In this document: one piece after another, positions 11,501 to 24,740 of the stretch
Position numbering within the stretch: position 1 is the stretch's first letter
Layout of the letters: every line of letters begins with the position of its first letter
Origin: Paragordius varius
Taxonomy: Eukaryota; Animalia; Nematomorpha
Length of the DNA: 64,000 nt
Assembly (NCBI GenBank): GCA_964247055.1
Contig: OZ176050.1
Span: 9,486,001 to 9,550,000, forward strand
Direction: 5' to 3'
Program-made: the position numbers and the translations under genes
The notes under the pieces: model-generated
Seen by the model: only the letters and a program-made list of their open reading frames with translations
What the model was told of the DNA's origin: nothing
Databases searched by the model: none

Positions 11501-13912
11501 TATATACCACATTTTTTTCCTACACCATAAAATTGTCTCAAGTATTTATTTAATTATACTTCAGTTCAGGAAACTGTGGAAAACAAAACCTTAACTTTTG
11601 TAATAATAATTGAATTTATTTTATCTAATATCATTAATTTTTGTATGTTGCTTGCTTGCTTACTCTTTGTCTCAAATTTTGAGCTTTTTTTCTAAATTAT
11701 ATTTTATATATTTTTTCATTTTGTTTAAAAACAAATTAAAACATTTTTTTCGGTTCAAGTACTTGAAAGTATGTGTCACATCTCAATTTTTTCCAGATAT
11801 AATTAAAAATGATATATATATATCCTTTAAAAATTTCAAACAATGAATTTTACTGGCCTTAAAATATAATTTAATATATCTATAAAATTTTAAATTGGCC
11901 ATTTTTTATTTGTTTGAAAATAATTAAGTAAAAATAAGTATATAAACGAGGAAGATTGAGAGATATACAAAAAATATATATGTCAATTTTGTATGCCTGT
12001 CAATTATTCTTCATATATTTAAATTTATGCATATTTTACTACATTTTTTACCTGTAGTAAGAGTTATTTCACAAAGGAGATAAGATAAAAAGCATTACAA
12101 AAAAATAAGTTTGTATTAAATATGCAATATACCTATATATATATATATATATATTGGTTTAAATTGTTTTTTGTTTATATTTGTCTATTAACTATCCGAC
12201 TTAGTTTTTAAAAATTAAAAAAAATGAGTTTAAACCAGGGGTGGCCGACACTCGGCCCGTGGACCAAATGCGGCCCTTCGAGAATTTAGGTACGGCCTGC
12301 GAAAAATCTGGATTCCTCATAAAATCTTAGTAAAATCTAGTTTTCTTAAAGATTTTTCCTAATTTCGTATTCAATTGGCAAAAACTAGAAAAAAGTTTTA
12401 TAATTAAATGCATTTTACAATATATATATTTAAATTCCAACAAATTATGGATGAATGCCCATATTTTATTTCTTCCGCAGTTTTATGAGTTTAAAATGCG
12501 GCCCGCAAAGCCATTTGTGTTGAACACGCCTGTTTTAAACTGATCAAAAAGTGATGTTCATAAACACTGAGAGATATCAAATTAAAAACGTATCTTTCTA
12601 ATAATCAAAAAATATAATCAAATATTTGCTGCTATATTGACATTTATTTATTAAATACCATTTTAGTCTAATTACATTATTTAGAAGTATAAATCATGGG
12701 TTTATATATTTCCGTTTTTGATGAAAATGTAATTTCAAAAAATATCCATAAGACAAAATCAAACATGTTAAATATTTCAAATAATTTAAAACCCTTGAAA
12801 CCATTTCCAATTTTTATTGTTGTCATTTTTGAAACATGTATTTTTAAGCTGTGTAATTATGTCAAAGTATTAATTTTAAGCGTAACTACTAGAAACACTT
12901 TTAAAAAATTAAATAGTAAACATTTTTTCTCTTTTCTTACAGAGTTTTTTATTTTTTTACTTGTCGGGAAAACGGAGTTAGTAGACTTGTATGACACATA
13001 AAAGTACAAATTATGGCGAAAAAATTAGATCCCGTATTAATGATAATAGTGCACTACAGACTTAATATTGTCTTCAAATTTACCGAAAAAATGAAACATT
13101 GTAATAACATCATATTTTCTCAACATAACCCTAGACTTATATGCGACGACCTTAAACAAATATATATTTATTCAAAAAAAATAATGATGTTTAATTTTAG
13201 TTTTGATTAGAAAAAATTTTTTTGTTAAATAATAACTTTACCATATTATATTTAAATTAGAGTTTTGGGTCATATATATTGGTATTATTTTATAAATATT
13301 TTAAAACCAGTATTTAGGGATCTAATTTTTTTGGTTATAGATATATAATATTTAATGCAAAACCTTAGAAATACCTTTACATATTCCCTTATTTCTAACA
13401 GCCGAAAAAAGCGCAATAAAAAATTTTTTACACAAGAGAGTATTTGAATTAATTAGATATACAAAAAAATTTAATACAATATTTCAGTAAAACTACTCAC
13501 TTTTTAACATTGTGAAGTTAATTAATATGTAAATTTTTTGAGATACATATAAAACCTTACCTTGCACACTAAAATTGTAAAACCACAAATATTTCAAATT
13601 TGAGGGATTTCACGAGTTTTTACCTAAACATGATGCTTCTATTAAAAGTATTTCTTAAAATTTTTTTATGTATTCCTTCTTAGGTTCGCAAAAGTCAAAA
13701 TAAAATATATATGAATAAAAAAAGGAAGGACCTTGAGTTTTCATAAATTTAGAAATTTATAAGAATGATAATACTTACAGCCATTTCCAAGAATCGACGG
13801 CTTTAAACGATAGGCATCCAATGATTATTATTAAAAGATATGTTAATTTACGTATATTTTGCCCTTTGCCTTTTTGAGCCCAAAGAAAAGAATAGATATT
13901 AGCGAAGTCCAT
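7820..13912 (-). CDS. WNT4: Wnt4-like ligand, ~820 aa with five large insertions
   Basis: Exons (minus) 13912-13779, 10581-9991, 9908-9706, 9452-8536, 8437-7820; all phases match, 2463 nt. Motifs: signal peptide then [121 protein letters not shown] and GCSDN.A.G.AF.Q.FVD.RE resemble the Wnt4 subfamily most closely. Confidence 0.9.
8475..8506. repeat. (AT)16 microsatellite in Wnt intron 4
   Basis: Direct reading of the sequence. Confidence 0.95.
10810..11044. mobile_element. hAT-type MITE (235 bp) in Wnt intron 1
   Basis: Imperfect TIRs CAGAGGTGTAGCTAG and (revcomp) CAGAGACGTAGCTTG; perfect 8-bp TSD CATGGCTA at 10802-10809 and 11045-11052. Confidence 0.85.
12236..12532. mobile_element. hAT (Buster-type) MITE (297 bp) in Wnt intron 1
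   Basis: TIRs CAGGGGTGGCCGAC and (revcomp) CAGGCGTGTTCAAC; 8-bp TSD GTTTAAAC/TTTTAAAC (7/8) with central TA; subterminal GCGGCCC motifs shared with the 53.8-55.5 kb element. Confidence 0.8.
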
Positions 13913-16900
13913 TATTTTTTGCCAAAATAATTTTGAATATTCCGTAGTAAATATCTAAAATCATGAATTGTCATCTATCATGGAATAATTTAGTTGTCAT
14001 TAATAATCCGATAATGATTGAGTATTTAACAATTTTTTGTGCCCGTTATTATCTTCGTTAATTAAATCCCAATAAATTTAAATATTTTGAAATATGGATT
14101 TTTTCTTTTTTTGGTAAAACAAAACTATACGATAGTTAAAATTACAAAAAGTCGGAACAAACTGATATTAATAATAATTGTAATTGTAAAATATTTCTAT
14201 ATATGTATAATCCTATTAAATTTTTTTATATATAGTAAATAATATGTTATTACAAGACATATATATATTCTCACATACAGGTAAATGAAGGTAAATGAGA
14301 TTTTTAACATATAAATAAAATACAAGAAAGAGACATTAAATCTCTATCTCTATCTCGCTCTCTCAATGAATTACAACATAAAAACTAATAAAAAAAGTTA
14401 CTTATACTTTCTTATCCAATAAATAAATAATAAAATGACAAATAAAAATATATATATTAATAAAAAAATAAACTAAAATCTCATTAAAATGCAATTAATT
14501 AATCATGTAAATTTCTCCTTTTTTCCCTATACATAATGAAAATTATTTATATTAGATTCGTAGGAAGCGCTTTGATGTGACAATTAACTAAGCAATAACA
14601 AGAGAGAGATAACCTAATTATACGTATAAAAACGTGTGTTAGTTATATCTAATAATAATTTTTATAACCAATTAGAGCCATTATAAAAGTTAAACTTAAA
14701 ATATAAAGTTAAATTACCATTAAAAGACACTATAAATCTTCAAATTTTCTTACCTATATATTCTTTATATAAAAGATACATTTATAAAACAATTTAGCAT
14801 TGGGAATAGTATCATTTAAAATTATCAGTAACTTTTTTACTTTTGAACTTTATCATTTGAATAACAAAACTTTATTTACTAAAATATACATGTTTTTCAT
14901 TGTCAATTGTCGCCAAATGAATCGTGACTTATTATCGCAGTACATCTCTAAATATAAGTTAAAGTTATGTAATGTTAATATGACAAAAATTGATATGTCT
15001 ATAACTTCTTAACAGACAGACTCCTTTACCGTTCGTTGGTTGTTGTAAAAAATCGCGAAAATTTTAAATTGCTTGATATTCAATAAATATAGGAGTCTGA
15101 TTTCACAAATTAGTCAATAGTTGGAAAAAAAAGATGCGCCATTCTTATTGTTATATTAGGCGAAAAATAATTTTCAAGTATGATTCAACATCAATATAGT
15201 TTTCACAACTACTTGTCAAAGAAATTTCTTCAATTTTTATTACATATCTTTTTAGAATCTTACTTTATTTTTGTTTTATAATACTAATTAATTTTGATAA
15301 TTTATAAATATATTATTTTTTATATCAATTTTATTTCGTTATTCATAAAAAAATTTACGAAAAAAAATTGATCAATGACCCGATCTCCCGTTAATCTATA
15401 TAACTTTTATTACATGTATAATTTACATAATCCGAACTCAAAGCTCTTTTTTTAATCAAATGAACAAAAATATAAATATTAAAAATATAAGACTTTTCTT
15501 GAAATAAATCATTAAATTTAATATTTTTTGATATTAATATCGACTTTTATTACCCTTTTCCGATCATGTAAAATTGTAAAACAAGTGGAAAAATTAAAAA
15601 ATCTAACGGTATGTATTTGTTTCAAAGATAAAAGAAAAAATAAACCAGATAATTTAAGAGTATTGAAGTACGAAAAAACATATTTTTAATTGTATACCTA
15701 CCTATGTTATATATATTACATTTATTAATTAATCGGATATTGCAATTAATTTAACAGATAAATATATCTCTTTTTGACTTTATCATCTTTAAAACATCTT
15801 AAACATATATAATATACGTAAATGCGGTATCAATATTACCTTTGATAGTTTGTGAAAAAGCTTGTTGTCTGTCAAACATTTGCATATTTATTTTTGTTAA
15901 ATTATAAAGACAGGTAAAATTTATTACAACAACAATTTATGTATGCATATTTCATACATATAAATAAATATAAATAGAGTAAGTCTCGTAAGGTTATATT
16001 TTTGACATATTTATTAAAATTTTAAAAATTAACATGTGCTTACCATTGAAAGTGACGTTAATTTGTTTTAACGACAGATCTAAATAATATCCTGCGTTTG
16101 AAACATAAGTTTAAATTTAAAAAATATTGAAACAAAAAAACTTTCCATAAAACATTATTAAATTTATAATGGAAAATCTTTTTAGTTTTTTAGAGTTTAT
16201 TTTTGGTCATTTACTATATCCTGTTGTCATGTTGTCCAAAAACATATGTATTAAGACGAGCCTAATACCTGCGTAATAAACAAAACTTTTACGATTAGAT
16301 TTTGCTTTTTATAACTATTAAATATTTAAATATTATTTCTTCCAAAAAATATATAAATTTTCAATATTCTGGCTTAGTTATATATATTTTATATCATTTA
16401 GAAAGTTTTATCAATTTTTCTTGAAATATGTAAAAATATCTTTTTATAAACCATCATTATATATATTATCTTCTCTTGAAATTAAAGGATTTTCGATAAG
16501 ACAAGGTAAGGAAAAAATATTTAACTAAAATGATAATACTTAAGGTCAACATGATAACAGAACATGATAGCTCTTCTTTAAAAATATTTTTATTAGAAAA
16601 AATAAAATTAATAAATATTGTGCAATTATAAAAAATATTCTCTGATAACAAAATCATCAACGTAACACCACTTGAACCAAGCAGAGGATATAATATCATT
16701 ATCAAAAAAAATGTTTTAAAATATATTTTTAATTCCAAGTACAGGACATCAAATCCTTCATTCTCATATAAAATGTTAATTTAAGAGTTTGAACAATTCA
16801 TATTTTTTATGTTTGGTTTCTTATATATTTAAAAAATAGATTTTGCATCGATTTAAAATGGCAAAAGTTAACTTTCACCTATAAAGCTATTTAGGCTCAG

Positions 16901-16969
16901 GCTCAGGCTCGAAAGTGAACATTGTTGACAATGCTTAATTTTAAATTAATAATTTTATTAGAAACACAT

Positions 16970-17090
16970 AGAGAAACACCCTTGATCAGACACCATTTTT
17001 GGGGACTTTAACACACGGTGGGAGCCAAACTGGAGGTTAATCCTTAAAAAAAGGGTTGATAGTGTTCGGGCATCCTTTCTTATATTGGGA
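16970..17090. repeat. Old diverged fragment related to the Helitron subterminal region
   Basis: ACACACGGTGGGAGCCAAACTGGAGGTTAATCCTTAAAAAAAGGG..TAGTGTTCGGGCATCC resembles TTTTACACGGGGTGGGCCCCAACTGGGGCTAAT..AAAAGGG..TTGTCGGGGCATTC of copies A/C/E. Confidence 0.45.
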
Positions 17091-18374
17091 TAGTTTACAA
17101 CAGTTATCTGACTTCTGCAGTGTAAAACTTGACCCTTACCCAATCGAACATACAATTGTTTTAACTCAGGATCATCCAGCACAAATGGCTTCGCGGGCCG
17201 CATTTCGGGATGGAAAGTTCCGACGGGTCAAAATATATGGGAATCAACACAAATTTTATTAGTATGCTAAATAAAATTCACTATTTATTTTAACAATTTT
17301 TGTCAAAATTCGGAAAGACTTATACAGAAAATTTGATAAATGAAATTTGCTAGATTTTGCAAAATTTTCTATTTAAAATTTCTCAATGGCAGAAAAATTA
17401 TTAAGAGGCGCATGTTAATATCCCCTGTTTTAAACAATATTAAGAAAATTCGCAGCCAATTTACAAATAAGTGAATTTTTAGTGAATTTATTATCAAACC
17501 CAGTATTTTTTTATATACCAGTTTATTTATCCTTGCAAAGTATTCTGTAGATTATTAAAACACAATAAAGTAATAATGAAAATGTAATCAAGGAATTAGA
17601 AAACTAAGATGGCTTAATTGTATAATTTATAAGGTAAATAGCTATTACATTTTGAATCATATGGAAATACTAATTTCCGATAAATTTCTACAAAGGGCCG
17701 TTTTTTATATTATGGTGTATATTACATATCTCGATTATAATTTTACTTTCATATGAGTGCCTTAAACCATATTAAACTAATGTGGTCTCATTATGTCGAA
17801 AATTTAATGGTCCGGTGTTTAGCATAAGGAAAGACTTTACCGAAACTTAATTAAAAATGAGCATGACCAAGATTTTAGCCTTTTTCACAGGAAATATCCA
17901 AAACTGTGATTGATATTACAAGATCTATATTTTTCGAAACGTTGTTTTTTTGGTTGACGCCTACCCAGAGGCTTGACTTTGCCTATTAACAGGAAATACT
18001 AAATGTATTGCAGAATCTGGTCTAATAGGTTTTCCAAAAAGTTACAGAGCCAGTTTTATTTTACAAAATAGTGCAGTTTACAGAAGGTGGAGCCTTTACC
18101 CGGATTATTTGAAAAAACCACTGGGTTAATAAATTTGCTGAATATTGTGAATGCCAAAAACCCCTATTGATTTTATGGGTCCTATAATTTATGAAAAATA
18201 TTTCTTTAATTTGGGGAATTATCTTTTATTTAGAGAATTGACTTTAAATTTATAATTAACAATTGTTTATAATTGGTTTATTTATTATTATTTAATTTAA
18301 ATTTAAAAGTTAATTGGGAAGTAATCATTGTTAGATTAAATTCAGACCTATTGTATTTATTATTTTTTACTGAT

Positions 18375-20878
18375 TCTTACTAAATTTATAAAATTGGAAA
18401 ATCCTGGCTTTGTGAACTATTTCCGGAAAACCTGCAGATTCATTCAATTCCTAATGTCGAAATATAATTATTGATGAATGCCCCGACAATAGCTTCGCCC
18501 TTTTTTTAAATTAGCCCAGTTCGGGCCCGCCCCATGTAAAAAAACGGTTTTTTTTCAAACAAAACACAAAATCTTGTGCTTGAGACAATTTTCCGGAAAA
18601 CGTGTTGGACCATTCGATTTTAAATATGGTTTTTATTTTACCTTTTTTCGATTTCGGCAGACATAGTAGGCTCGCTTTTTTAGGCCTTCTTTTTACCTGC
18701 TCCCCTTGTAAAATGCCATTTTTTTCTAAAAAATAATTTTTTAAATCTATTTTTCGATCAAGGTAGGAAACAGTAAAAACTCAATGAGGATTCCATATTC
18801 CCTGTTAAAAGGCAAAAATTTGTCGTGCGTTTTTTTAATAGGCTGCTGGATAAGGCGGCACCCGGTAATACTGTCCCGTCATATCGAAATAGCGTGCCTT
18901 TGGGGCTAAATTTCAGAAAATTTATCAGGCCTTATGAGTTCAATAGGTTAAAATATTACCCGTAACAAAGCAAAAATTTAGATCGTAGATTTTTTAAAAA
19001 TTAGCCGTTAATTAGGCCCTTCACGCCCTGAAAAATGGGCCACCATAGAATGATTTTTTAGTTTTGAGGTATTTTTCCAAAAACTAATGAGAACATATGG
19101 CAACAATCATTTCCAGGTATTCTCCTTAAAAAAGCAAAAAAATTAATCAAGCGCCTTTTTTGTATCAGCCTCTGGGTAAGGAGCTATCCGCCTACAACTG
19201 CCCCACCATAGCGATACAGCGTGACTTTCGAGGCAAATTTAGAAAACTTATTAGGTCATATGAGTTCAATAAGGGCTTGAAATATTACCCGTAAAAAGGC
19301 AAAAATTTAAGTAAAGTAGTTTTATTAAATTACCCTTCAATTAGGCCATTGCCATGAAAAAGGCGCCACCATAGAAGGACTTTTTGGTTTTGAGGCAATT
19401 TTTCGATAACCCCACTAGAGCATATAAAATCAATCATGATTCCAGGTATAATCCGAATTAAGGCAAAAATTTTAATTGAGAGTTTTTTTTATTTCGCCCC
19501 TGGTTAAGGGGCTACCCGGGTAAAACTGAGTCACCATATCGATACATGCCTTTGGAGTCAAATTTCAGATAACCTATAAAACTATGTGAGTTCAATAAGG
19601 GCTTAAAATATTTACCCCTGAAAAAACAAATTTTTAGCATAGGGGGTTATTTCAATAAGTCGCTAAGTAAAATTTTGCGCCATGAAAAATGCGGCGCCAT
19701 TGAACTATTATTTAGTTTGGACGCCATTATTCCTAAAACTATTAAGAACAGATGGAATGAATGATGATTCCAGGTATTCTCCATATAAAGGCAAAAATTT
19801 TGGCCAATGCTTTACCTGCAACTGGGTAAGGAGCTACCCGCTTAAAACTCCACTATATAGAAATTGCGTTGTTTTGGACCTAAATTTACAGAAAATTTAT
19901 GAAGCTATATGAGCTCATTAAAAGCTTGAAATATAACCCGTAATCTGGTAAAAATTAAGGTCAGGCGTTTTTTTTATTAACCGTTAATTTGGGGCCTTTA
20001 TGCTCTAAAATATGCCTTCATATAACGATTATTAACTGTTAAGGTATTTCTTTGAATACCCCATGAGACGATGGTATCAAAGATCCAAATATTTGCCCTA
20101 TAAAGACAAAGAATTTAACTCAGCGCTTTTTCCCTATAGGTCTACCGGTAGGGGTCTACTGGTTTAAAACTGAGACGCCATACAAAAATGGCGTGGTTTT
20201 GCAGTTAATTTTAAACAAAAACTTAAAAAGCCATCAATAAAGGCTTACCTATAAAAAGATAAAAATTATAGTATGGCGGTTTTTTTCTGTTAGCCGTCAA
20301 TTTGGGGCCTTCACACCATAAACAATATATTAGCATGAATGCACAGTTAAAATTCTATGAAACGTTTTGGAAATCCTATGAGATCATAACTATTAAAATA
20401 TATTTCGAAATAATCCACATATATGAATCACAATCTTGTTGAGCCCCTTTTTCAAATAGCAGCTTCGGCTCCAATCCAATTGTGTGTAAGCTATATATAT
20501 ACCTACTCCGTAAACAAATTACTCTCATGCATCACAGGGTATGCATTAATATTCTAGGTATTTTACATATGTGTGTGTCAAACCTCTTTACTCCTTATGG
20601 ACAAAATTATATATGTCTTTTTTATTATTTATGTACCCGATGTCAAAAATAAAGTTTTTTTGCACGTTTCACCCAATAATTGCTTATGTTTTTTTATACT
20701 AAGATCATTGCTGAAATTTTTTTGTTAAGATTGTTTGAATTTGGTGTGCTTGGAGCCCTACCCTTAAACCCGCTCAACAAAATGTTGAGGCTATTTTTCG
20801 CCAAAATTATGAGATCATACGCGTATAAAGGCATTCCCCTAAGAAGTCCGAAGGACCTCCTCGGGCTGCTAACAGCGA
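18375..20878 (+). mobile_element. Non-autonomous Helitron, copy B, interrupted by ~375 bp at the G/C tract
   Basis: Reverse complement of copy A from 18375 (degenerate TC..TTTATAAAATTGGAAAAT) to 20460. Unrelated sequence follows at 20461-20835, then the terminal hairpin region AGAAGTCCGAAGGACCTCCTCGGGCTGCTAACAGC resumes at ~20836-20878; no intact CTAG. Confidence 0.8.
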
Positions 20879-20999
20879 CGATCCCAGAAAGATATTGATG
20901 CTCTTAGATGTATATCAAAGTTTCCATGTGAAAAAATATATTCACAGTTTGTAAAATATATGACAGAAACTGTAACATTTAAAAAGTTAGAATATGGCC

Positions 21000-21170
21000 A
21001 TTTGGAGGTTGAAGAATTCTGGAAGTTCATCGGATTTATCGGCTATTAAGACTTATTTTCACTAGTCAGGAGAATTATTTTTGGACCCGCTTCAAGTTAT
21101 GCATCGGAAGGAAGTTTTTCTATGCATAGAAGTACATAATTCGCAAACAGTTTAGATGAACATTGTTAAA
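21000..21170 (+). mobile_element. Possible piggyBac-type transposase relic
   Basis: Translation EVEEFWKFIGFI...FSMHRST resembles the PGBD N-terminal E..AFIG.L..MG....MSR.RF region; short and interrupted by stops. Confidence 0.3.
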
Positions 21171-22546
21171 ACAAATTAATGGCTGTTAAATATAACTTAG
21201 GGCATTATGTTGACACAACTAGCAGTGATGAAGATGAGAAGAAAAATTAATTATTAATTGATTTCTTGAATTTGTTACGTTAATAAATTTTATCAAATTT
21301 ATGGGTCAATCACTTTAAGTAATTAATTTCAATAAATAACATATTCGGTCATGTTTCTTCAGGCTATTGAAAATTTAAATGATGTGTTGTATTAAATTTA
21401 ATTCTTAACGCAAATCTTATCTTTGGCTGTGATTTAAAACCTTCTGTAAGGCCTTATGTAGGATTCCAGGAAAAATCGTTTATTGTAGAAATTTAACAAT
21501 TAAATTATCAGTATATTGGTTAAAATACTGTTTAAAATATATTTTGCATTTAACCTTTTTCAATTTTTTTAATAAATATTTATGGATGTGTTAAGGGGGT
21601 CAAAATAACAACCATAGCTTTTACCATTTTTATTATACAAAATATGCGCAAATTTTGCCATTTTTAAATATGGAGCACTTACAATAAAACTATAAATAAT
21701 TTTCTTAAATCACTCGTAATCGCCATAAGTAAAAGCAGATAATCTTTCATTTTTCCCTATATATATTTTATCAGGATATCTTTTTAGTGTGTTATAAGAC
21801 CCCCGATTTTGTGTGTATGTTTTTGAATAAAAATTTGTATGTACTGTTTAATATTGTTGACTATTTACCTAAAGTAGCAAAATATTTAAAATTTAAGAGA
21901 TTTTTACCCAAAATTTGTAAAATATTTGCACAATATAGATAAACCTAAGTATTTTTTTTAGAATATATATATATATTAAATCCAAGGGGGAAAATATAAT
22001 AATAGATTGAACAACCATTTAAATGGAAAATAATGCCAAATATATCACTGCACCCTAAATCGGGATATATAAGCTGAAGAAATCAATATATTTTGATAAT
22101 GTATCGATATCATGGTGCTATTGGTTTTAACCCGTACGAGTGAATGAAAGTTATTTTATGAAAAATTGACAAAATTTGCCTACATTTTTTATATAATTTT
22201 TTTGGTGAAGGCTAGAGGCTTCCAAAAATATAATAAACTATATAAAAAGCAAAACAATAGTTTCAAAAAAAAAATTTTTAAATTCATATCAAAACTTAGC
22301 ATATATTTAAAATTTTTATCGCGTGACCCTTTTATTTTTGCGTTTAAGGCTAGCCCATTTTAGAAAAGTAAAAATTTTGGACTTTCGGAGCCCACATCTG
22401 AAAATATTTAATGAAAATATTTTTTTGTTTATAAGTAGTTTACATTTTATATGTAGTTTATAATATTTTTTAATCATATTTTTGGAAGGAAACATCTAGC
22501 TTTCACCAAAAAAATTTTATTTAACACTACCACACATTCATTTCAG

Positions 22547-23061
22547 TCCTTTAATTCAAATTGGGATCGTTGGATATACAAGGCTTGTTTAAAATTTCAT
22601 TTTTCAAAAAAATAGAAATGAATTGGGCAAATGTTCGCAATTATATGACATTAATGAACCTAAATAAAATTCATTCAAAAATACTTGATATAACTTATTC
22701 AGAGGTAAAACCAAAGGTAAAATTTATCCAACATAACATGTGCGCATAAGTTGAATATAAAAATAATGCAAATATATCAATTTTACTGTTTATATTAATG
22801 TTAATAATTTTAATAAAAGAAGTTTTAATTTTAGCGTTAGAGTCAAATGAAGACGATATTTTGCAAATATGTTTTAAAATGAAAATGGCGTCGAAGTAGT
22901 TTGATACGGATTTTTTTTCAAAACTAAATTTTATTTACATTTTTTGCTTATTTATGCAATTTTAATAGTAGAGTAGCATAAATTTAAACTGGAGCTGTTT
23001 CTTTCATTAGCTCAAATACAACTTAAATATTTTCTGGGTTTCCCCAATATGAATCGAAGTG
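22547..23061 (-). mobile_element. piggyBac-like MITE copy
   Basis: Degenerate end TCCTTTAATTCAAATTGGGATCGTTGG and end CCCCAATATGAATCGAAGTG|TTAA; internal GGCGTCGAAGTAGTTTGA segment is the reverse complement of 32.7 kb. Confidence 0.6.
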
Positions 23062-23569
23062 TTAAACAAATGTGCGCATCCTTTACCGATATGGAGCACT
23101 AACAAAAGTGTAAATAACTTTCTTAAATCACTCGTAAGGGCCAAAACCATATGTACCAGGATAATCTTGAACCATTTTCTTATCAGAATATATATATTTC
23201 ATCAGACTTGACTATACTTCCCATGAAGATAGTCCACATACCAATGAACATCTTTCGTTGAATGGTTTCATGTTCATTTTGAAGACAATTATACAAGAGT
23301 GTAGACTTATCATCGCAACCAGAATTTCTATTCCTATAGATTCTGCAAAATATTTTAAGATGAAAGGTAAACCTAGCGAGTGAAATGACTTTGTTGGCGT
23401 TGGTATTTATTTTTAATTTTAATTGTGCAATCTTTAGATTTAAGTATGTTAATTTACCTTCATATCAATTTTTGATGGTCGATTAATATAATTTACATCC
23501 ATTTTATTTAAACTTATCAACGGCCACATATACCATGGTTTATATTTGTATTGCCCCATGTATGCCACG

Positions 23570-24740
23570 GACAATATTTAATGCGCTAATGCAAACTTAT
23601 GCCATGGTTGACTCCACCTCACGAGACTACTTGCCAATCGTGAGACAATGACATCGGAGCCGCTGATAATTAAGCCGGGCTGATTACCAATCATCGACAT
23701 TTTATTTGAGCCGGATATATCTCTGACAACTAAAATGGTTTGAGTGTCGGTAGTAACAACGAGGGTTGCTAACAACGGTTTCTTTGTGTTTTTCTTTCTT
23801 TCTTTTAATTACGGGTTTTTGCTATTTCTGCTATATAGGTAATATCATTCATGATTACTCGTTTTCAATTATTACTGTGTAGTATATATTTAGTTCTTAA
23901 CTGTATCTCTTGATTACTATGAAAAATTTCCAATAAATTATATTTTATTTTTACTTCATCTTACGACGTCGACATTATTTTACATTTAAATTAGTTAATG
24001 GTAACCCCATAAATTACTATAGTTTAAATTATGATTTTTCTATATTTATGTCACAAGCTTTAAATGTATCTTTGCAAACTCAAGCCACGCAAGACCCGAC
24101 TCTGACGAAACGATTTTTCTAATCATTGTGGGTCAATGGCATCCTGGGAGGCAATGTTGGAGCCGCTGATATATAAGCAGGGCTGGTTACCGATCTCGGA
24201 CATCTCTTTTCGGAGTTAAGACTTAGCTCAGAGCAATTCAACGGCCACTTATCCCGAGTTAATGTCCCAGTTGAAGGTACAACTGAAAATGGTGGCACGA
24301 AGGGGTAACGTGACGATCGTAATGTCTTATATCTCCGAATGTGTCTACCTTACAGACCACACTCATTTAGAAGCAAATAAAGATCCACTCTACTCCAAAA
24401 ATAAAAGCTTAAAATTAACTCTGCATTTGACTCAACATATACCTTTGACATTACTTTGTGGAGTAAGGGTCATAACCCTGTTTGTACAGTTATTTTAAGT
24501 CAAATATTGCTTTTTACCTAAAACGGCGAAATTATTTCCAATAATATAGATTATTAACTATATTAACTTAACACACATAACATGAAGACATATATTTATA
24601 TATGTAGAATGTAAACCCCAGCCTCCGATGTGTCCCCGCTCTGAAGCTCAATGCGTTACGGGTGTAGGGAATGCCTTGACGGCAAGTAGCCAACGATTCT
24701 CTGATGTTACACCCTTTACTTGCTTACTTGTTTATATTTC
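23570..24740. repeat. Unclassified dispersed repeat (~1.1 kb), copy 1, with internal duplication
   Basis: Shares collinear blocks with 45550-46650: GGGCTGATTACCAATC, ACAACGGTTTCTTTG, CGCAAGACCCGACTCTGAC, CAACGGCCACTTATC, CCGCTCTGAAG, ACACCCTTTACTTG. Segment 23620-23705 is repeated at ~24105-24205. Confidence 0.7.

Noticed and set aside
14570-14577. TCF/LEF-like site CTTTGATG ~660 bp upstream of the Wnt ATG
   Set aside because: A single short motif is expected by chance in AT-rich DNA; no cluster or conservation data.
16466-16738. Hydrophobic 90-aa ORF (possible receptor fragment)
   Set aside because: No recognisable motif or consistent exon chain; hydrophobic translation is the default for T-rich DNA.
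24100-24112. CTGACGAAAC resembling a hammerhead ribozyme core
   Set aside because: No stem II, and the motif is not conserved in the second repeat copy (CTGACAAGAC).
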